A stretch of DNA of 64,000 nt from NCBI RefSeq assembly GCF_009914755.1, contig NC_060935.1. One strand, 5' to 3'. Under the pieces are notes generated by a model that worked only from the letters and a program-made list of their open reading frames with translations, ran no database searches and was not told where the DNA came from. Shown here piece after piece: positions 26,173 to 41,020 of the stretch (the first letter of the stretch is position 1; every line of letters begins with the position of its first letter). This DNA comes from the human T2T-CHM13v2.0 reference genome, Homo sapiens. Position numbers and translations under genes: made by a program.

Positions 26173-26334
26173 ATGTGCTCTGGGAGATTCCAGAATATTC
26201 AAGTAAATCCGGATTTTCCCAGAGGCAGAATATCTAACTCCTTCAGGAGAACTTCCAGTACAGAAAACAAAACAAAGACGCTGGGGAAACTTCACCAAGA
26301 GCCTCGGCAGCTCCAGAGCGACGGGAAACGAAAG
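26173..26334 (+). CDS. KDM2A: Alternative first coding exon of short KDM2A isoform (54 aa, MCSGRFQN...SDGKRK)
   Basis: ATG 26173 open for 54 codons to AAG/GTcagg donor in phase 0, matching the phase-0 acceptor at 28972; short isoform from an intron-12 promoter is known. Confidence 0.72.
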
Positions 26335-27723
26335 GTCAGGGGGTCGATCGGCAAACCCTTTCTGGTTTGGGGTGCGTGTAACTATAGGGACTTTTGTCTC
26401 AGTGAAGAGGCAGGAGAAACTGCCTGCCGGGCGAGTCCAGGACAATGCTATGTTACTTCGTGTTGCTTGAGCCGTCATTGCACTTGTTCCCTCACCTGGT
26501 GGGATGTGCTTTTGAATTGGGTTGGTTGGCTTTTGAGAATCCTTTCCCTCTCTGCCCAGGCACCTTCTGTTCTCTTTCCCTTCCTGTGATCTGTAGGGTG
26601 TGGGCTTGTGTTTAAATGTTCTCCCGAATGCCTGGAGCCGAGATAGGCGTCAGCCTTTCCCGCACTCCACCCCCGCTCTCCTATCCCAAACCCCCTCTAG
26701 TGAAGGGTGGTGGCTTCTTTATATGGTTTCTTGTAGGGCCTCAGCTGGAGTCTGCCTTTTTTGATGAAAGCAGGGCGTGCTTGGTTGAATGGCCCCAGCA
26801 AAATAAGGCTTGGAAGGAAATCTGCATTTCCCTCCACACCCACACATACCCCAGTAACTGAGTCTTGTATGTGTGAACAGCTGCCACCCCCCACACACAC
26901 ACCGACACAGTTTTCCGCCTACCCTTCCCTATTCCCCACAAAAATCTTGCAGGTAGAATTAGACTGCTTTTGGTGAACAGTTAAGTTCCTTTTCTACTCT
27001 TGAACAATCGCAGATCTTACTGTGCAGTCTGTTTTGCTGAAAGTGGAAAGTCCCCGTTTGTGGACAGCTCAGTTCACTTCAGCAGAGGAAATGGGCAGAG
27101 TCCTACTCTTCGTCAGTGCGAAGTGGGGGAGGGGAGCCATGCACTCCCTAGCACACATTTTGAATGGACCTGAATTTTTCACCCTAGGGAGATTAGGAGC
27201 CCATACCAGAGCCTTGTCCCACGTGGCACCACACCCCGCCTCTTCACCCCCACGCTGTATGGTACTAACAGAAAAGGATGCCATAGCAACTTGAAGTAAA
27301 TAAAACATCCGCAGATGAAATGAGTTTGGGGGAAGGTGAGAGGCATCTGGAGACTTGGCAAAAGGGGATCTTAGTAGAGGAGCTTCTTGGCTATGAGTGA
27401 AAGGGTCTTTCTGAGACCCAACTTTGGGATTTGGAGCAGGATCCTTAGGTTAAGAATGAAAATACATAAAAGTCCTGGTCTCCGGGACAGAGCACACAGG
27501 ATTATGAGAAAAATTATTAGCAATGGCCCAGACTTGCTAACCTGTCCAGGATCAGAGTTTAGTGTTTGCCGAAACAGTTACCATCCTGTACATACATACC
27601 TAGGGTAGCCAGAAAAGGAATCATGTAACTTGTCTCCCAGATTTATTTTGCTGTTGGTGTTGCTTTAGGGCTCATAAGGTCAGAAGAAGAAGGATTCCAT
27701 TATACTAGAAGATTTGGGTTTCA

Positions 27724-28060
<337 letters not shown>

Positions 28061-28229
28061 ATATTTGTTTCAAAATAACAGTCAACCAGTGTGATTCACT
28101 TAAGTGGCATTTTCTCACTGTAGCATTGTTCGTAAGTCATTTAAATTTTATTGGTAATGCCATGAGAACTTTTGCCCCTAAGATTGTTCCTTTCCCCCAT
28201 TTAGAGGAATAAAGGCAAATAGCAGACTC

Positions 28230-28243
28230 TGTGGGTGTGTGTA

Positions 28244-28280
<37 letters not shown>

Positions 28281-28290
28281 AAGAAAGAGA
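28230..28290. repeat. Compound (TG)n(AG)n microsatellite
   Basis: Read directly. Confidence 0.9.
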
Positions 28291-28971
28291 TTTGAGATTG
28301 AGATTTCTGTAATCAGCCTTAGAAGAAAAGAGCCCTGGGTTGAATCTGCACATTAGGCTGTACCATTCATCTCATTAATTCTGTATTAGCAAATCATTTT
28401 TATGCCACTTGGTTCACATCTGAGAAATGAAGGCAATTACCTGATAATATTCACTAACTGGTGTAGAAAAGTGAAGAAGCAATAATAAAGTTTTACTGTC
28501 ATATGTAGAACTGTATGAGAAGTAACACTTGTCGCCACAGTAAGTTAGTTGTTTCAGTGTGTTAGTATAATTAGTACACAAGTAAGGGATTGGGAACAAA
28601 GGTGAGTTTGAAGTCCTTTCTGCTCCCCCACCACCACCATCCGCCCCCAGTAGAGATGGGTCTTGCTGTGTTTCCCAGGCTGGTCTCAAACTCCTGGCTC
28701 AAGTGATCCTCCCACCTCTCACAGGCATGAGCCACTGTGCCCAGCCTCAAAGTTTTGATAATATTGCAGCAGCCTAAGTTTGAGTTTTCTCCTTCACCTT
28801 TGATTTATTTGTTTTCCAGTGAGTCTCTATATGAAGGGCAAATACAGACAGTTGCCACCCTGCCTCCCTTGCTACTCAAGGGTACTGAGGCAGAGTCTGG
28901 ATGCTGTTCAGGGTGGTTGGCTCTTTGTTCACCCTGCCCTGATTTTTCCTTCTTTTCCCTCCTACCCTTAG

Positions 28972-29055
28972 ATTTTGCTGGAGGAGCTTGCCAACAGCGA
29001 TCCCAAGTTAGCCCTCACTGGAGTTCCTATAGTACAGTGGCCAAAAAGGGATAAG
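28972..29055 (+). CDS. KDM2A: KDM2A coding exon (~13), ILLEELANSDPKLALTGVPIVQWPKRDK
   Basis: Long pyrimidine tract + ttAG, GTaaga, 84 bp, phase 0-0. Confidence 0.96.
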
Positions 29056-29454
29056 GTAAGAAACTATTTTCCTTGATCTTTAGGCTGCTTAAGCCTTTTG
29101 TTAGTTGATCATTACCATTCTGGGGAAAACAAGAACAACTAGAGGCAGATGGCTTTTGGTGCATTAATACAAACTGACAGAAAATCATTATTCAGTTCTG
29201 TTTTGACTCGTAGGTCAGGGTAATTGGCTATCTTTGGAGGTGACCTCTCTTAACAGAACTATCAAACTGGGAGGCCTCCCTCCAGATTCAGATGCCAAAT
29301 TGTGCATTTGTGCATCCGCTTCTATCCTTGTGACCAGTTACTCAGCTATCTTCACAGATATGATTGAAAGCCAGTTAAAATAATTACATAGATATCTAAA
29401 AGGAGCAGAGTTTTTCTTTGACGTAGTGAGATCATTCTCTCAAAAATCCCCTTA

Positions 29455-29806
<352 letters not shown>

Positions 29807-30550
29807 TTACTGTCAGCTAATAAATTGTCAATTATGAATTTTCATGCCTCTTCAGTTTAGATCCTGTATAATTTTTTTCCCCATACTGTCCTCTATCAAG
29901 GTTATGTATTAAATAAATGATAGCATTCTGATCCTGGCTGTGAATTTGGCAAATAAATGAGGCTTCTGTTTGTTGTTCCCTAGCTGAAACTTGCAAAGCC
30001 ATCACATTCCAGGGGTGTTTAGGCAGAATATAAAGGTATGGAGTTGAACAGTATATTTAGAGAATCACCTCCTCGTCCCTAGTGGGAGGAGTCCTGCTTG
30101 GCCTCTGCTTGGCCACAGGTGACTGCCTTAAAACAATTCAGTCATTTCTGGTTGTTGAGTATTTTGTGTCAGAAAAGTGTTTAAGATATGGTAAGAAATT
30201 AAAGTAGTAGAAAACATGGTCCTTGTCCTTGAAAAGGTCACCAGCAGGGTAAATGCAAATGCTAAGAAATGTGTTCCACACTTAAATATTATTGAAGTGT
30301 CTGCTATCTACCAGTTCGTATGCTTGAATTTGGAGTACTAAAGAAATGAACAAGACTAGTTTCACCTTAAGGGAGTTTACTGTCTTCTTTAGGAGTATAA
30401 TCTGAGAAGTCAGGATGAGGAAATATTGGAGGGCTCCTGGAGTGACTTCGGTACATGGCACTTGATACAGAAAGCTCAGGGAGGGGTGAATCTTAACAGC
30501 TCTGCAAAAAGAAAGGGAAGCAGCTGAATTAGTAGGCCAAAGGGCTAGGA

Positions 30551-31131
<581 letters not shown>

Positions 31132-31151
31132 TCACTGCTTTCTCTTTCCAG

Positions 31152-31421
31152 CTTAAATTCCCCACTCGGCCAAAGGTGCGGGTTCCTACCATCCCCATTA
31201 CGAAGCCTCACACTATGAAACCAGCTCCACGGTTAACACCTGTGAGGCCAGCTGCTGCCTCCCCGATTGTGTCAGGAGCCAGACGGAGACGAGTGCGATG
31301 TCGAAAATGCAAAGCCTGTGTGCAAGGAGAGTGTGGTGTTTGCCACTACTGCAGAGACATGAAGAAGTTTGGGGGGCCTGGACGCATGAAGCAGTCCTGT
31401 GTCCTCCGACAGTGCTTGGCA
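31152..31421 (+). CDS. KDM2A: KDM2A coding exon (~14), CXXC zinc finger; includes M543 (ATG 31215)
   Basis: CRKCKAC...[15 protein letters not shown]...KQSCVLRQC motif; ccAG/GTgagt; 270 bp. Confidence 0.98.
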
Positions 31422-31947
31422 GTGAGTGATCTGCTGGGTAAAGAATTTTGGGGAGGGGTGGCAGTGCCAAAGGAACTGAAATACATATAGTGTAGAGTTA
31501 AAGAGACTTCAGAGTTGGAAAGAAAAGGTTTATACTCTCTTTTTGGCTTTATTTTGTACCTTTTTTCCCCAGGTTTAGATAGAAGGTATCTAGTACTAAA
31601 AATCCGATTTAATCTTTAGGCTTTACCTAATTTTCAAACAAGAGATTAGCATTTGAAGGGCAAATCATTGCTTTCTTTCCCCTCTTCAAGTAGATTAGAA
31701 AGGACCGGGGAGGCCAAGTATAGGCCAACTGAAAATAAACTAGTCTCTGGTGCCCAGGTGGTTGAGTCCTCCTCTTCCCCAGTCATTTTTCCTACCCAAA
31801 ACCTCCGTTCTCTCCACCCTGCCTCCATGCTTCCAGGTGTTTAGTAGAGAATTATAGGACCCAAATCTCCCATCTTCAGTTTAAGGGAAACTGAAATGAT
31901 AAAGATCTGAGTCAGTTCTCTTGGATTCTATCTTTGTCCTCTTGTAG

Positions 31948-32079
31948 CCCAGACTGCCTCACTCAGTCACATGTTCCCTCTGTGGAGAGGTGGATCAGAA
32001 TGAAGAGACACAAGACTTTGAGAAGAAACTCATGGAATGCTGTATCTGCAATGAGATTGTTCATCCTGGCTGCCTCCAG
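31948..32079 (+). CDS. KDM2A: KDM2A coding exon (~15), PHD finger N-half, includes T632-Q site
   Basis: PRLPHSVTCSLCGE...MECCICNEIVHPGCLQ; tgtAG/GTgagg; 132 bp. Confidence 0.97.
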
Positions 32080-32897
32080 GTGAGGAGAGCTATGAGGGGT
32101 TCCTGAAGTCTCAGCTAATGGAGTGAGTGACACAACAGAATGGGACACTTGTGATGGGAGTGCCAGCATCCCTACTGTAGGCCATCAGCTCTGTGGTCAC
32201 ATAATGCAGTGGTCTAACATCAGCCCTTGATTCATATATGTACAATGTGTCAGGCACTGCGTTAGACCCTGAGGATAGAACAGTACACAAAATAGACCCA
32301 GTTCCTGTCCTCATGGAGCTTAGAATCTGGACTCTGGATTGGGTATGTAGAGTTCCCAGGCCATAATGGAACTGCATGGTGTGTTTTGGGATGCCTCAAG
32401 CCTTTAGGCATCTCTGATACATACTTCAGTGTACCTCTGGATATTAGTTCCTAAGGGAGAGTGAGGATAATAATATCAGATAACATTTAATGAGTGCTGA
32501 GTCTGTATCAGACTCAGTGCAGAGCTAAATAGCTTTAAAAAAAAAAAGTAATAAAAAGTAATAAATTCAGATCTCAGCCTCAGAGATTGAGTCCAGCATG
32601 GGCCTTGTGTTCCAAAAGCTCCCCTACTGATCCGAATTGTGCAGCCTTTGTGGAGAACCACTGTTTCCTTGGCCTTCTTAGAAAGTATCAGCTAAAATCA
32701 TGACTGTCGCCTGACAGTGATAATAAGACACTGTCATTCATGAGAAGCAGCCCAATTTCAGAAAGGTTAAAATGTGAAAAGTATACCTTTTATAGATTTT
32801 TGGTTTTTTTGAATACTATATAGTAGCAAATCTATAACAGAAACAATAGTAGGTCAGTATTTGGAGGCATTAAGCATATGTTGAATGAAGAACCGGG

Positions 32898-33701
<804 letters not shown>

Positions 33702-34244
33702 TAAAAGTTTGTTTGATTAATTATAACTTGGTGAAGATGTAAATGGTGCATATTACATCTATTAACATATCTCAAACCCAAAGAATTGGTGAAATAGGGT
33801 ATTAATTCCATGATGATGATAATGGCTAATACAAAGGGTTTTCTGTATGCCATACCTTTGTTAAATTCTTTACACAATGAATAATCTTCACCACAACCCT
33901 ATAAGGTGGGTTTTGTTGTATCTCTGGCAATTATATTGTTGTATCTCTGTGTATTAGTTCCTGAGGGAAAGTGAAGGTAATAATATCAGCCAACATTTTA
34001 CAGTGGAGAACACTGAGTCACAGAGACTAGAGCATTAGTCCCTAAACCCAAGCTATCAGAACCTGTGCCGCACTGTCAAGATCAGGTTCAGCACCATTGG
34101 CTATTTGGGGCTGGATTGCTCACAGTTTTTCTCCCTTTATGGACCAATGTTGTTGAGAAATGAGTAACTCTTCCCAACTGTGTTATTGTTGGATAAAGGA
34201 AGCTTGAGAGACAGGCTTTTAAAAACATCTCTGTCTTCCTATAG

Positions 34245-34334
34245 ATGGACGGAGAGGGGTTGCTTAACGAAGAATTGCCAAATTGCTGGGAATGTCCAAA
34301 GTGCTACCAGGAGGACAGCTCGGAGAAAGCCCAG
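34245..34334 (+). CDS. KDM2A: KDM2A coding exon (~16), PHD finger C-half
   Basis: MDGEGLLNEELPNCWECPKCYQEDSSEKAQ; atAG/GTaaag; 90 bp. Confidence 0.97.
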
Positions 34335-35813
34335 GTAAAGGAACCTTATCAGATTTGCACTGTGACAGAAAGGAGGCATCAAATGTGGGGGATTGCTACA
34401 CGTTTGCCTTTGCATTAGTGTTCACACAGTTTCTCTGACCTAGGAGATTATTTTTGTTTGGTTTGGTATGTTTTTCCTTTGGTTAATTTTTAGTATTTTC
34501 TTTGTTAGAGTTTGTAGCATTGTGTTTTGTATTACTAAATGTTGTTCCACTTGGGATCTGCAAATTCCTAAGGTCCTTTTATACTCTGGGGCCCTACAAA
34601 GAGAGGAACCACGGCTGGGCTATTTGAGGAGAGAAATTAGGTGAGTATGATCCCTCCTGAGGAATGTTAACTAGAGGAGAGGCAGTGGCCTGAGGCAGCC
34701 AGTGAGTGCAGCAGTGTACTTGAGCTTCCAGTTAAGCAGGTTCACATTTTTGTCATCTTCACTTTTGTGGCCTGGCAGAAAGCCCTGCCCTGCCCATCCC
34801 ACATGCCCAAATGTGTCATGTGGAGGCAGCCCCTCCCCCAGAGAGGACCAGTGCTATGACCTTGGCCCAGAGGAGCTGAGGTTGCTGACCAGTGGTTGCC
34901 AATAATGTCAAAGGGCCAAAAGGACTGTACTTACTCAGGCTGACAAGGCAAGACCAGCTGTGGACACCTACAGGAGGAGATGGCTTTCCAAGTGCCAGTC
35001 TTTCAAGGACCCTTGCACGGGAGCAGGGAAGGGGGCAGAAAGGAATTTTCTTACTTTTTATTTCTTCCCACTTGGATACTAAGATAGTTGAATTTTTCAA
35101 TCTATTTGTCTTTGAGGGCAAGGATTTTTGAAGTTGACTAGGGCCAAAGTTCTCCTTAGTTCTTGCACTAGTGACCTTTACATGTGTCTTCATTAGTGAT
35201 GTTGAGTGTTTGCATCTCTGCTGTAGCAGATGTGTTGTTGGCAGATGGCTGTGTTTTAGTATTACCTTCTAATACATTGGAAAAGGTAGCACCCAAAAGG
35301 TGGTCATTTTCTTCCAACCATAATGATAAAAAAATGTAAGGAGGAAAAGGAGCAGAGAACAGGGTTGTTGCTTAGAGACATAAAATGTCTCCTTGCAAAA
35401 AACCTGAACTACTGATACGGTTCCTAGTGGAACATGTTTACTGGGCTTTGTCATAGCATAGTCATAGTGGGCTCCAGGAAAAGACAAGTATCTAGAGAGC
35501 ACAAATGCCACAGATAAAGTTGGGGGCTCTTGTGGGATTCCTCACCATAATCCTGAGTGAATCTCTCTGTAGCAACCCAGTTTCTCAGAGAGGTTCTTGT
35601 TATCTGCTTTATTATTCACGTGGGGGTTGGAGTGGAAGACGCAGCCTGGTGGAGTCAAACTTAGACTGTGGTAGAGCTAGAAGCCAATGGTGTTTACCAT
35701 TGTCAGACTCAGGATCTTAGTTCAAATGGTATATGTGGGCTTTTTCCACCATGAAACAGAAATACGTCTCTTGGGTGAAAGAGGTAAGTCAGAGACGCAA
35801 TTAAAAATGGTCA

Positions 35814-35907
35814 GGCCAGGTGCAGTGGCTCACACCTATAATTCCAGCACTTTGGGAGGCCAAGGCAGGTGGATCACTTGAGCCCAGGAGTTGGAGACCA
35901 GCCTGGG
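35814..35907 (+). mobile_element. Tail-less Alu left-arm fragment
   Basis: Alu 5' ~95 bp ending abruptly. Confidence 0.8.
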
Positions 35908-36050
35908 CCGACTCTGAGGGAATGACCCCCTCTCCAACAGTGACCTTTCTTCTCTCTGGTCCCCTGAGAGCAAGGGAGGTCCACCCTGTCGGTTCAGAGG
36001 GTTTGGAAGAAAGGAAGCACTGATGTTGCTTTTCTGGGCCTGTTTTGCAG

Positions 36051-36763
36051 AAGCGGAAAATGGAAGAGAGTGACGAAGAAGCTGTGCAAGCCAAAGTCCT
36101 GCGGCCCCTGCGGAGCTGCGATGAGCCTCTCACGCCCCCGCCTCATTCACCCACTTCCATGCTGCAGCTCATCCATGACCCGGTTTCCCCCCGGGGTATG
36201 GTGACTCGGTCATCCCCTGGGGCTGGCCCCAGCGACCACCACAGTGCCAGCCGCGATGAGCGCTTCAAACGGCGGCAGTTGCTGCGGCTGCAGGCCACAG
36301 AGCGCACCATGGTACGGGAAAAGGAGAACAATCCCAGCGGCAAAAAGGAGCTGTCTGAAGTTGAGAAAGCCAAGATCCGGGGATCGTACCTCACTGTCAC
36401 GCTACAGAGGCCCACCAAAGAGCTCCACGGGACATCCATTGTGCCCAAGCTGCAGGCCATCACGGCCTCCTCTGCCAACCTTCGCCATTCCCCCCGTGTG
36501 CTAGTGCAGCACTGCCCAGCCCGAACCCCCCAGCGTGGGGATGAGGAGGGGCTGGGGGGAGAGGAGGAGGAAGAGGAGGAGGAGGAGGAGGAAGATGACA
36601 GTGCAGAGGAGGGGGGTGCAGCCAGGCTGAATGGCCGGGGCAGTTGGGCTCAGGATGGAGACGAAAGCTGGATGCAGCGGGAGGTCTGGATGTCTGTCTT
36701 CCGCTACCTCAGCCGCAGAGAACTTTGTGAATGTATGCGAGTGTGCAAGACGTGGTATAAATG
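36051..36763 (+). CDS. KDM2A: KDM2A coding exon (~17), HP1-binding LTVTL (36390-36404), poly-Glu, F-box start
   Basis: ORF 36045-36767; tgcAG/GTgagc; 713 bp; [11 protein letters not shown]...RVCKTW F-box. Confidence 0.97.
36561..36593 (+). repeat. Coding (GAR)11 poly-glutamate
   Basis: GAG3 GAA GAG6 GAA in KDM2A exon 17. Confidence 0.92.
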
Positions 36764-37509
36764 GTGAGCAGGGATTCAGGGGGTCAGGAATTAGGGGTAT
36801 GGGAGTAGGTGGCAGGTTTTCCATATGAGAACAGCATGCACCTTGGCATCTGAAAGCCTGTGGGGTCTTATGAGGAGTGAATTGACCCTTTTTCCCAAAC
36901 TTTGGGTCCTGTTTAAAGATGTAGCCTGTTGTACCCGCAGATGTCATTAGGGAACTGGCCATTTGCCTCCTGGCCCTGCTCTATACTTTCCCATGTCTCA
37001 TTGTTATGGGGAGGGAGACTGATTTGCGGGATAGATTTGTAGTCTGTGATAAAACTTGAGAGTCTTGCGGGCTGAAAATTTCCTCCTCAAGTCAGCTGAA
37101 CTCATCACATGTTGGTTGAGAGCCTATGATGTTCTAGTCACTCTTCTGGTGCTGATAACACAGATAACCTCACTTAAGCCCCTGACTCAATTACCTCTCC
37201 ATTCAGTGAGAGAAGTGGGCATGCTTTTCAAGATGAATTTGAAGGTGCTTAACATTTTTCTTCAGTTTTAATGCTCATCCCCCCAAACCTGGATCAGAAT
37301 TCCCTCTTCCAGCAAGCAGAGTCCAGTTTTGAAGCTTCCTTAATGAGAGCTACCATTTCTTCTTAAGTTGGACAGACACTTGGGGGAAAAAATTGCTAGT
37401 GATGATGAACAAGGAGCTTCCCATTGGGCATTGTTGGTTTTTCCTTAAACTCTGGTATATATTTACTCTAGGATATATCCTTTTTATCTGGGTCACACAC
37501 ATCCTATTA

Positions 37510-37682
37510 CAGTAGTGTGGTGTCCTGACCAATGGCATTCACTCAGGAACTTTTTAGAAATGTCAACTGTCAGGACCCTCATAGGCCTCTTAAATCAGAA
37601 CCTCTTGGGTGGGCCCAGCAGTCTGCTTTAACAAGCGCTCCTCCAGGGGACTCTGATGCATGCTCGAGTTTAGAGCAGCAAA
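37510..37682. mobile_element. MER5A-like hAT element (weaker MER5 fragments at ~1757-1905 and ~32565-32665)
   Basis: AATCAGAA.CTCT.GGGTGGGCCCAGCA.TCTG.TTTAACAAG...TCTGATGCA core. Confidence 0.7.
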
Positions 37683-38658
37683 ATCTGCTGTATTGTCAGC
37701 AGCTTGCTTCTGCCATAGAAGCTTCATGTGCCACTGGTAAAATTGTTTCAGTCTCTAAATAGACCCTATTCTTTGCAAACATGAGTTTATTTCCCAAATC
37801 TGAATTAATGTATAGTGTATCTAAATTCTCCTTAATATTTCTCTGTCTAGGGCTAATAGGACTGCTTGGCTCTACCTCTTGGTTTTCAGGGCAAGGCACA
37901 TCAGATTCCCGTTATGTGCTGTCTCTCTTCCCCTGCCAACCAGGCTGGGGGGCAGGGGCTATAAAATATTAAATTGAAGCCAGCATGTTGTGGTTTGTGG
38001 CCTGTAGATTTGTAGACTGCAGTGGAAAGCCAGGCCTATCCCTTTCAGTTCTGGTCTGGCCTGGCTAGAAAATGTCAGGATAGCACTGAGGCAGAACTTG
38101 AGGGTGAGAGAGGACTCTGTAAGCCTGATAAAGAGCCTCTTTTGACCTGATACAGTAATGGGCTGAAGGCAGGGTGAATTGTGGATGTGCTGAGTAGCAC
38201 CCTGCATTTCAGGCAGCTGCGAGTGATTGACAAGGGAGGGAACGGAGCAGGCCTTCTTAGCTTTAGACAGTAAGAAGTCTAGAAACTTCAAGAGGCTCCC
38301 TTATATACACTTCAGCAGGAACCATGCCATTTTAATACAGATGAAGGGGCTATAGACTGTTGCTTGCTATGGGTCCCTAACAACTGTTGTGTTCTCAAAC
38401 ACTCCAGAATAAATCAGGGTAAAGTGGTCAAGTTATATACTATCAACATGTAGGTTTGCAAAGCGTCTAGTTGTTGTAGAGTTCAAGGCAATTTTTTGCC
38501 TATTCTGTGAGGCAAAAAATGATAAGGTGTGATCCCTGTACACTTGTAGAAGAACGAGCCTCCAGGTACTCTGCTTTTCCCAGAAGCCATAAGCAGCCTG
38601 TGATGGGAGCTCCACTGATCAAGTTAATGAAGGCGAGTTCTCTTCCCTTCTATCACAG

Positions 38659-38822
38659 GTGCTGCGACAAGAGACTTTGGACAAAAATTGACTTGAGTAG
38701 GTGTAAGGCCATTGTGCCCCAGGCCCTCAGTGGCATCATCAAGAGGCAGCCAGTCAGCCTTGACCTCAGTTGGACCAACATCTCTAAAAAGCAACTGACA
38801 TGGCTCGTCAATAGGCTGCCAG
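38659..38822 (+). CDS. KDM2A: KDM2A coding exon (~18), F-box end / LRR
   Basis: [15 protein letters not shown]...LVNRLP; cacAG/GTaagt; 164 bp. Confidence 0.97.
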
Positions 38823-39417
38823 GTAAGTGAGCAGCCCTGCCGCTGTCTTTCCAGGGGCCCAGAAGAAGCGGGCAAGAAAAGTTGCATTATTGGCAGTGCT
38901 TCTTAGCATCACTGGAGGGCAGTGTAGGGCAGCAGTCCCATGCCATTGTTGCTTAGCAAGAGGTTTACCCAGGGCCATCTTAAGTGTCAGTCTCCCAGGC
39001 AGCACTCTGGACTGGCAGGCCAATCACTGCAATGGACAGCAAAGAGAACGGAATCAGTGTTGCTGCCAGCCCTGCAGTTCTCCTCAGCATAACCACTAAA
39101 GAGGAAATTTGAGTCAGATGTTACTTTGGTCAGCTCCTTATAAGCCCTTGTTCTCTTCAGCATTTTGAGCTCTTAGAAAGACAGGAAGTCACTCCTTCTT
39201 GTATTGCTCTGGTGGGAACTAAGCAATCAATTTACCACTAAAGCTAGAAGATGTAGTATAGGATACCATGGAAATCTTTGAGCTGGATGACTAAAAGATT
39301 AGGCATAGTCCTTCTCTCCTATTAGACTGGAAGTTTGTTCACTTTGCTCAGATCGTTACGGCTCTGAGTATGCTGGGAAACAGTGTATTATTACATGTCT
39401 CATTCCATCCATTGCAG

Positions 39418-39576
39418 GACTGAAAGACCTCCTCCTAGCAGGCTGCTCCTGGTCTGCAGTCTCTGCCCTCAGCACCTCCAGCTGCCCCCTTCTCAGGACC
39501 CTTGATCTTCGGTGGGCAGTAGGAATCAAGGACCCTCAAATTCGGGACTTGCTTACTCCACCGGCTGATAAACCAG
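39418..39576 (+). CDS. KDM2A: KDM2A coding exon (~19), LRR
   Basis: [17 protein letters not shown]...LRTLDLRW...ADKP; tgcAG/GTatgc; 159 bp. Confidence 0.96.
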
Positions 39577-40167
39577 GTATGCTCTGGACCTGACTTCTCT
39601 GTGCTTGTCTTGGGGTAGCTTTGTCTTCCAAACAGACCTCGTCTTCAGAAGCTAAGGTAGTCTCAGATATGACGCTGTGGAAGAATAGAAGAGCACAAAA
39701 TGAAAACAGAATGATGGACTGTGTACAAGAATAGGGTAACTATAAGCAGATAACTACCTACAAACAATGGAGTAAGTCCATTTTGTGAGTTGGTGGAGTT
39801 TGGGGCCCAGAGAGTGTAAGCCTGAAAAAGTCTGAGAAGGCTTTATGGTGGAGGTGGAGTCAAAAGCTATTTGCATGATGGTCTAGAAAAGTGTGGTGGT
39901 ATTGGAAGGGGAGGAGCATTCTGCACATAGCCTTTTGCTGTGTGCATGAGGCATAATCTAGCAGCTTGAGAAGAAAGAAAACTTGTCTGGTTTCCTAGAA
40001 ACTGCCTACACCCAGTGCTCACACCCTGAAGGCATGGCTGGGTGTGGGCAGTTCTACTTAACCCCTTCAAGGGGGCCTGGCCAGCAAGTAGCTGTTGCTG
40101 CCTGGAGCCTTGAAGCTGGATTAGAGAATTGAGAGTTTTGATCTAGGCTCTTCTCTTGCCTGTACAG

Positions 40168-40383
40168 GTCAGGACAATCGCAGCAAGCTCCGGAACATGA
40201 CCGACTTCCGGCTGGCAGGCCTTGACATCACAGATGCCACGCTTCGCCTCATAATTCGCCACATGCCCCTCCTGTCTCGACTCGACCTCAGTCACTGCAG
40301 CCACCTTACAGATCAGTCCTCCAATCTACTCACTGCTGTCGGGTCTTCCACTCGCTACTCTCTCACAGAGCTCAATATGGCAG
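40168..40383 (+). CDS. KDM2A: KDM2A coding exon (~20), LRR
   Basis: [18 protein letters not shown]...LTELNMA; tacAG/GTatgc; 216 bp. Confidence 0.97.
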
Positions 40384-40838
40384 GTATGCCGCTACAGTTG
40401 TTCATAATCAGCGGTGCCCCCTGCCTCCAGCCCTCCCTGGAACTTGATCAGTAAACCAGAATGACCTTGGGTCTGTTGATTGACCCACATCAGCTCATTT
40501 CTTCACATCTGGACAAGGACATGGATTTCTATCCCTTTTTTAACTGATGGGGGACTGAGGCCTTGAGTAGTTAAGTCGGTTGCCTGTCTGCGCAGCCAAC
40601 ATCCAGCTGGAGTTTGGTCAGCCTTGCAGCCCTTGTGCTTGTTGTCATATGGTGATGGGAGTGAGGCAGCAGGGTCCCTTTGGAGGTGCTGATGGCACTT
40701 CTGGTCTCTGAGCCAGGTAGTTGTGGGACAAAGAGGGCTTTTGTTTAGCATTTTGAAGGAAAGACGGCTACAGGAATTGAATGGCAGAGGAAAGCTGTGT
40801 GTATGTGAGCACTGTCATTATGTCCACTTTCCCGACAG

Positions 40839-41020
40839 GTTGCAATAAATTGACAGACCAGACCCTGATCTACCTACGGCGCATTGCCAACGTCACCTTG
40901 ATCGACCTTCGAGGATGCAAGCAGATCACTCGAAAAGCCTGCGAGCACTTCATCTCAGACTTGTCCATCAACAGCCTCTACTGCCTGTCTGACGAGAAGC
41001 TGATACAGAAGATCAGCTAA
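40839..41020 (+). CDS. KDM2A: KDM2A last coding exon (~21) to stop, ...DEKLIQKIS*
   Basis: gacAG acceptor, TAA 41018-41020; codon count from V230 reaches 1162, the known KDM2A length. Confidence 0.97.
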
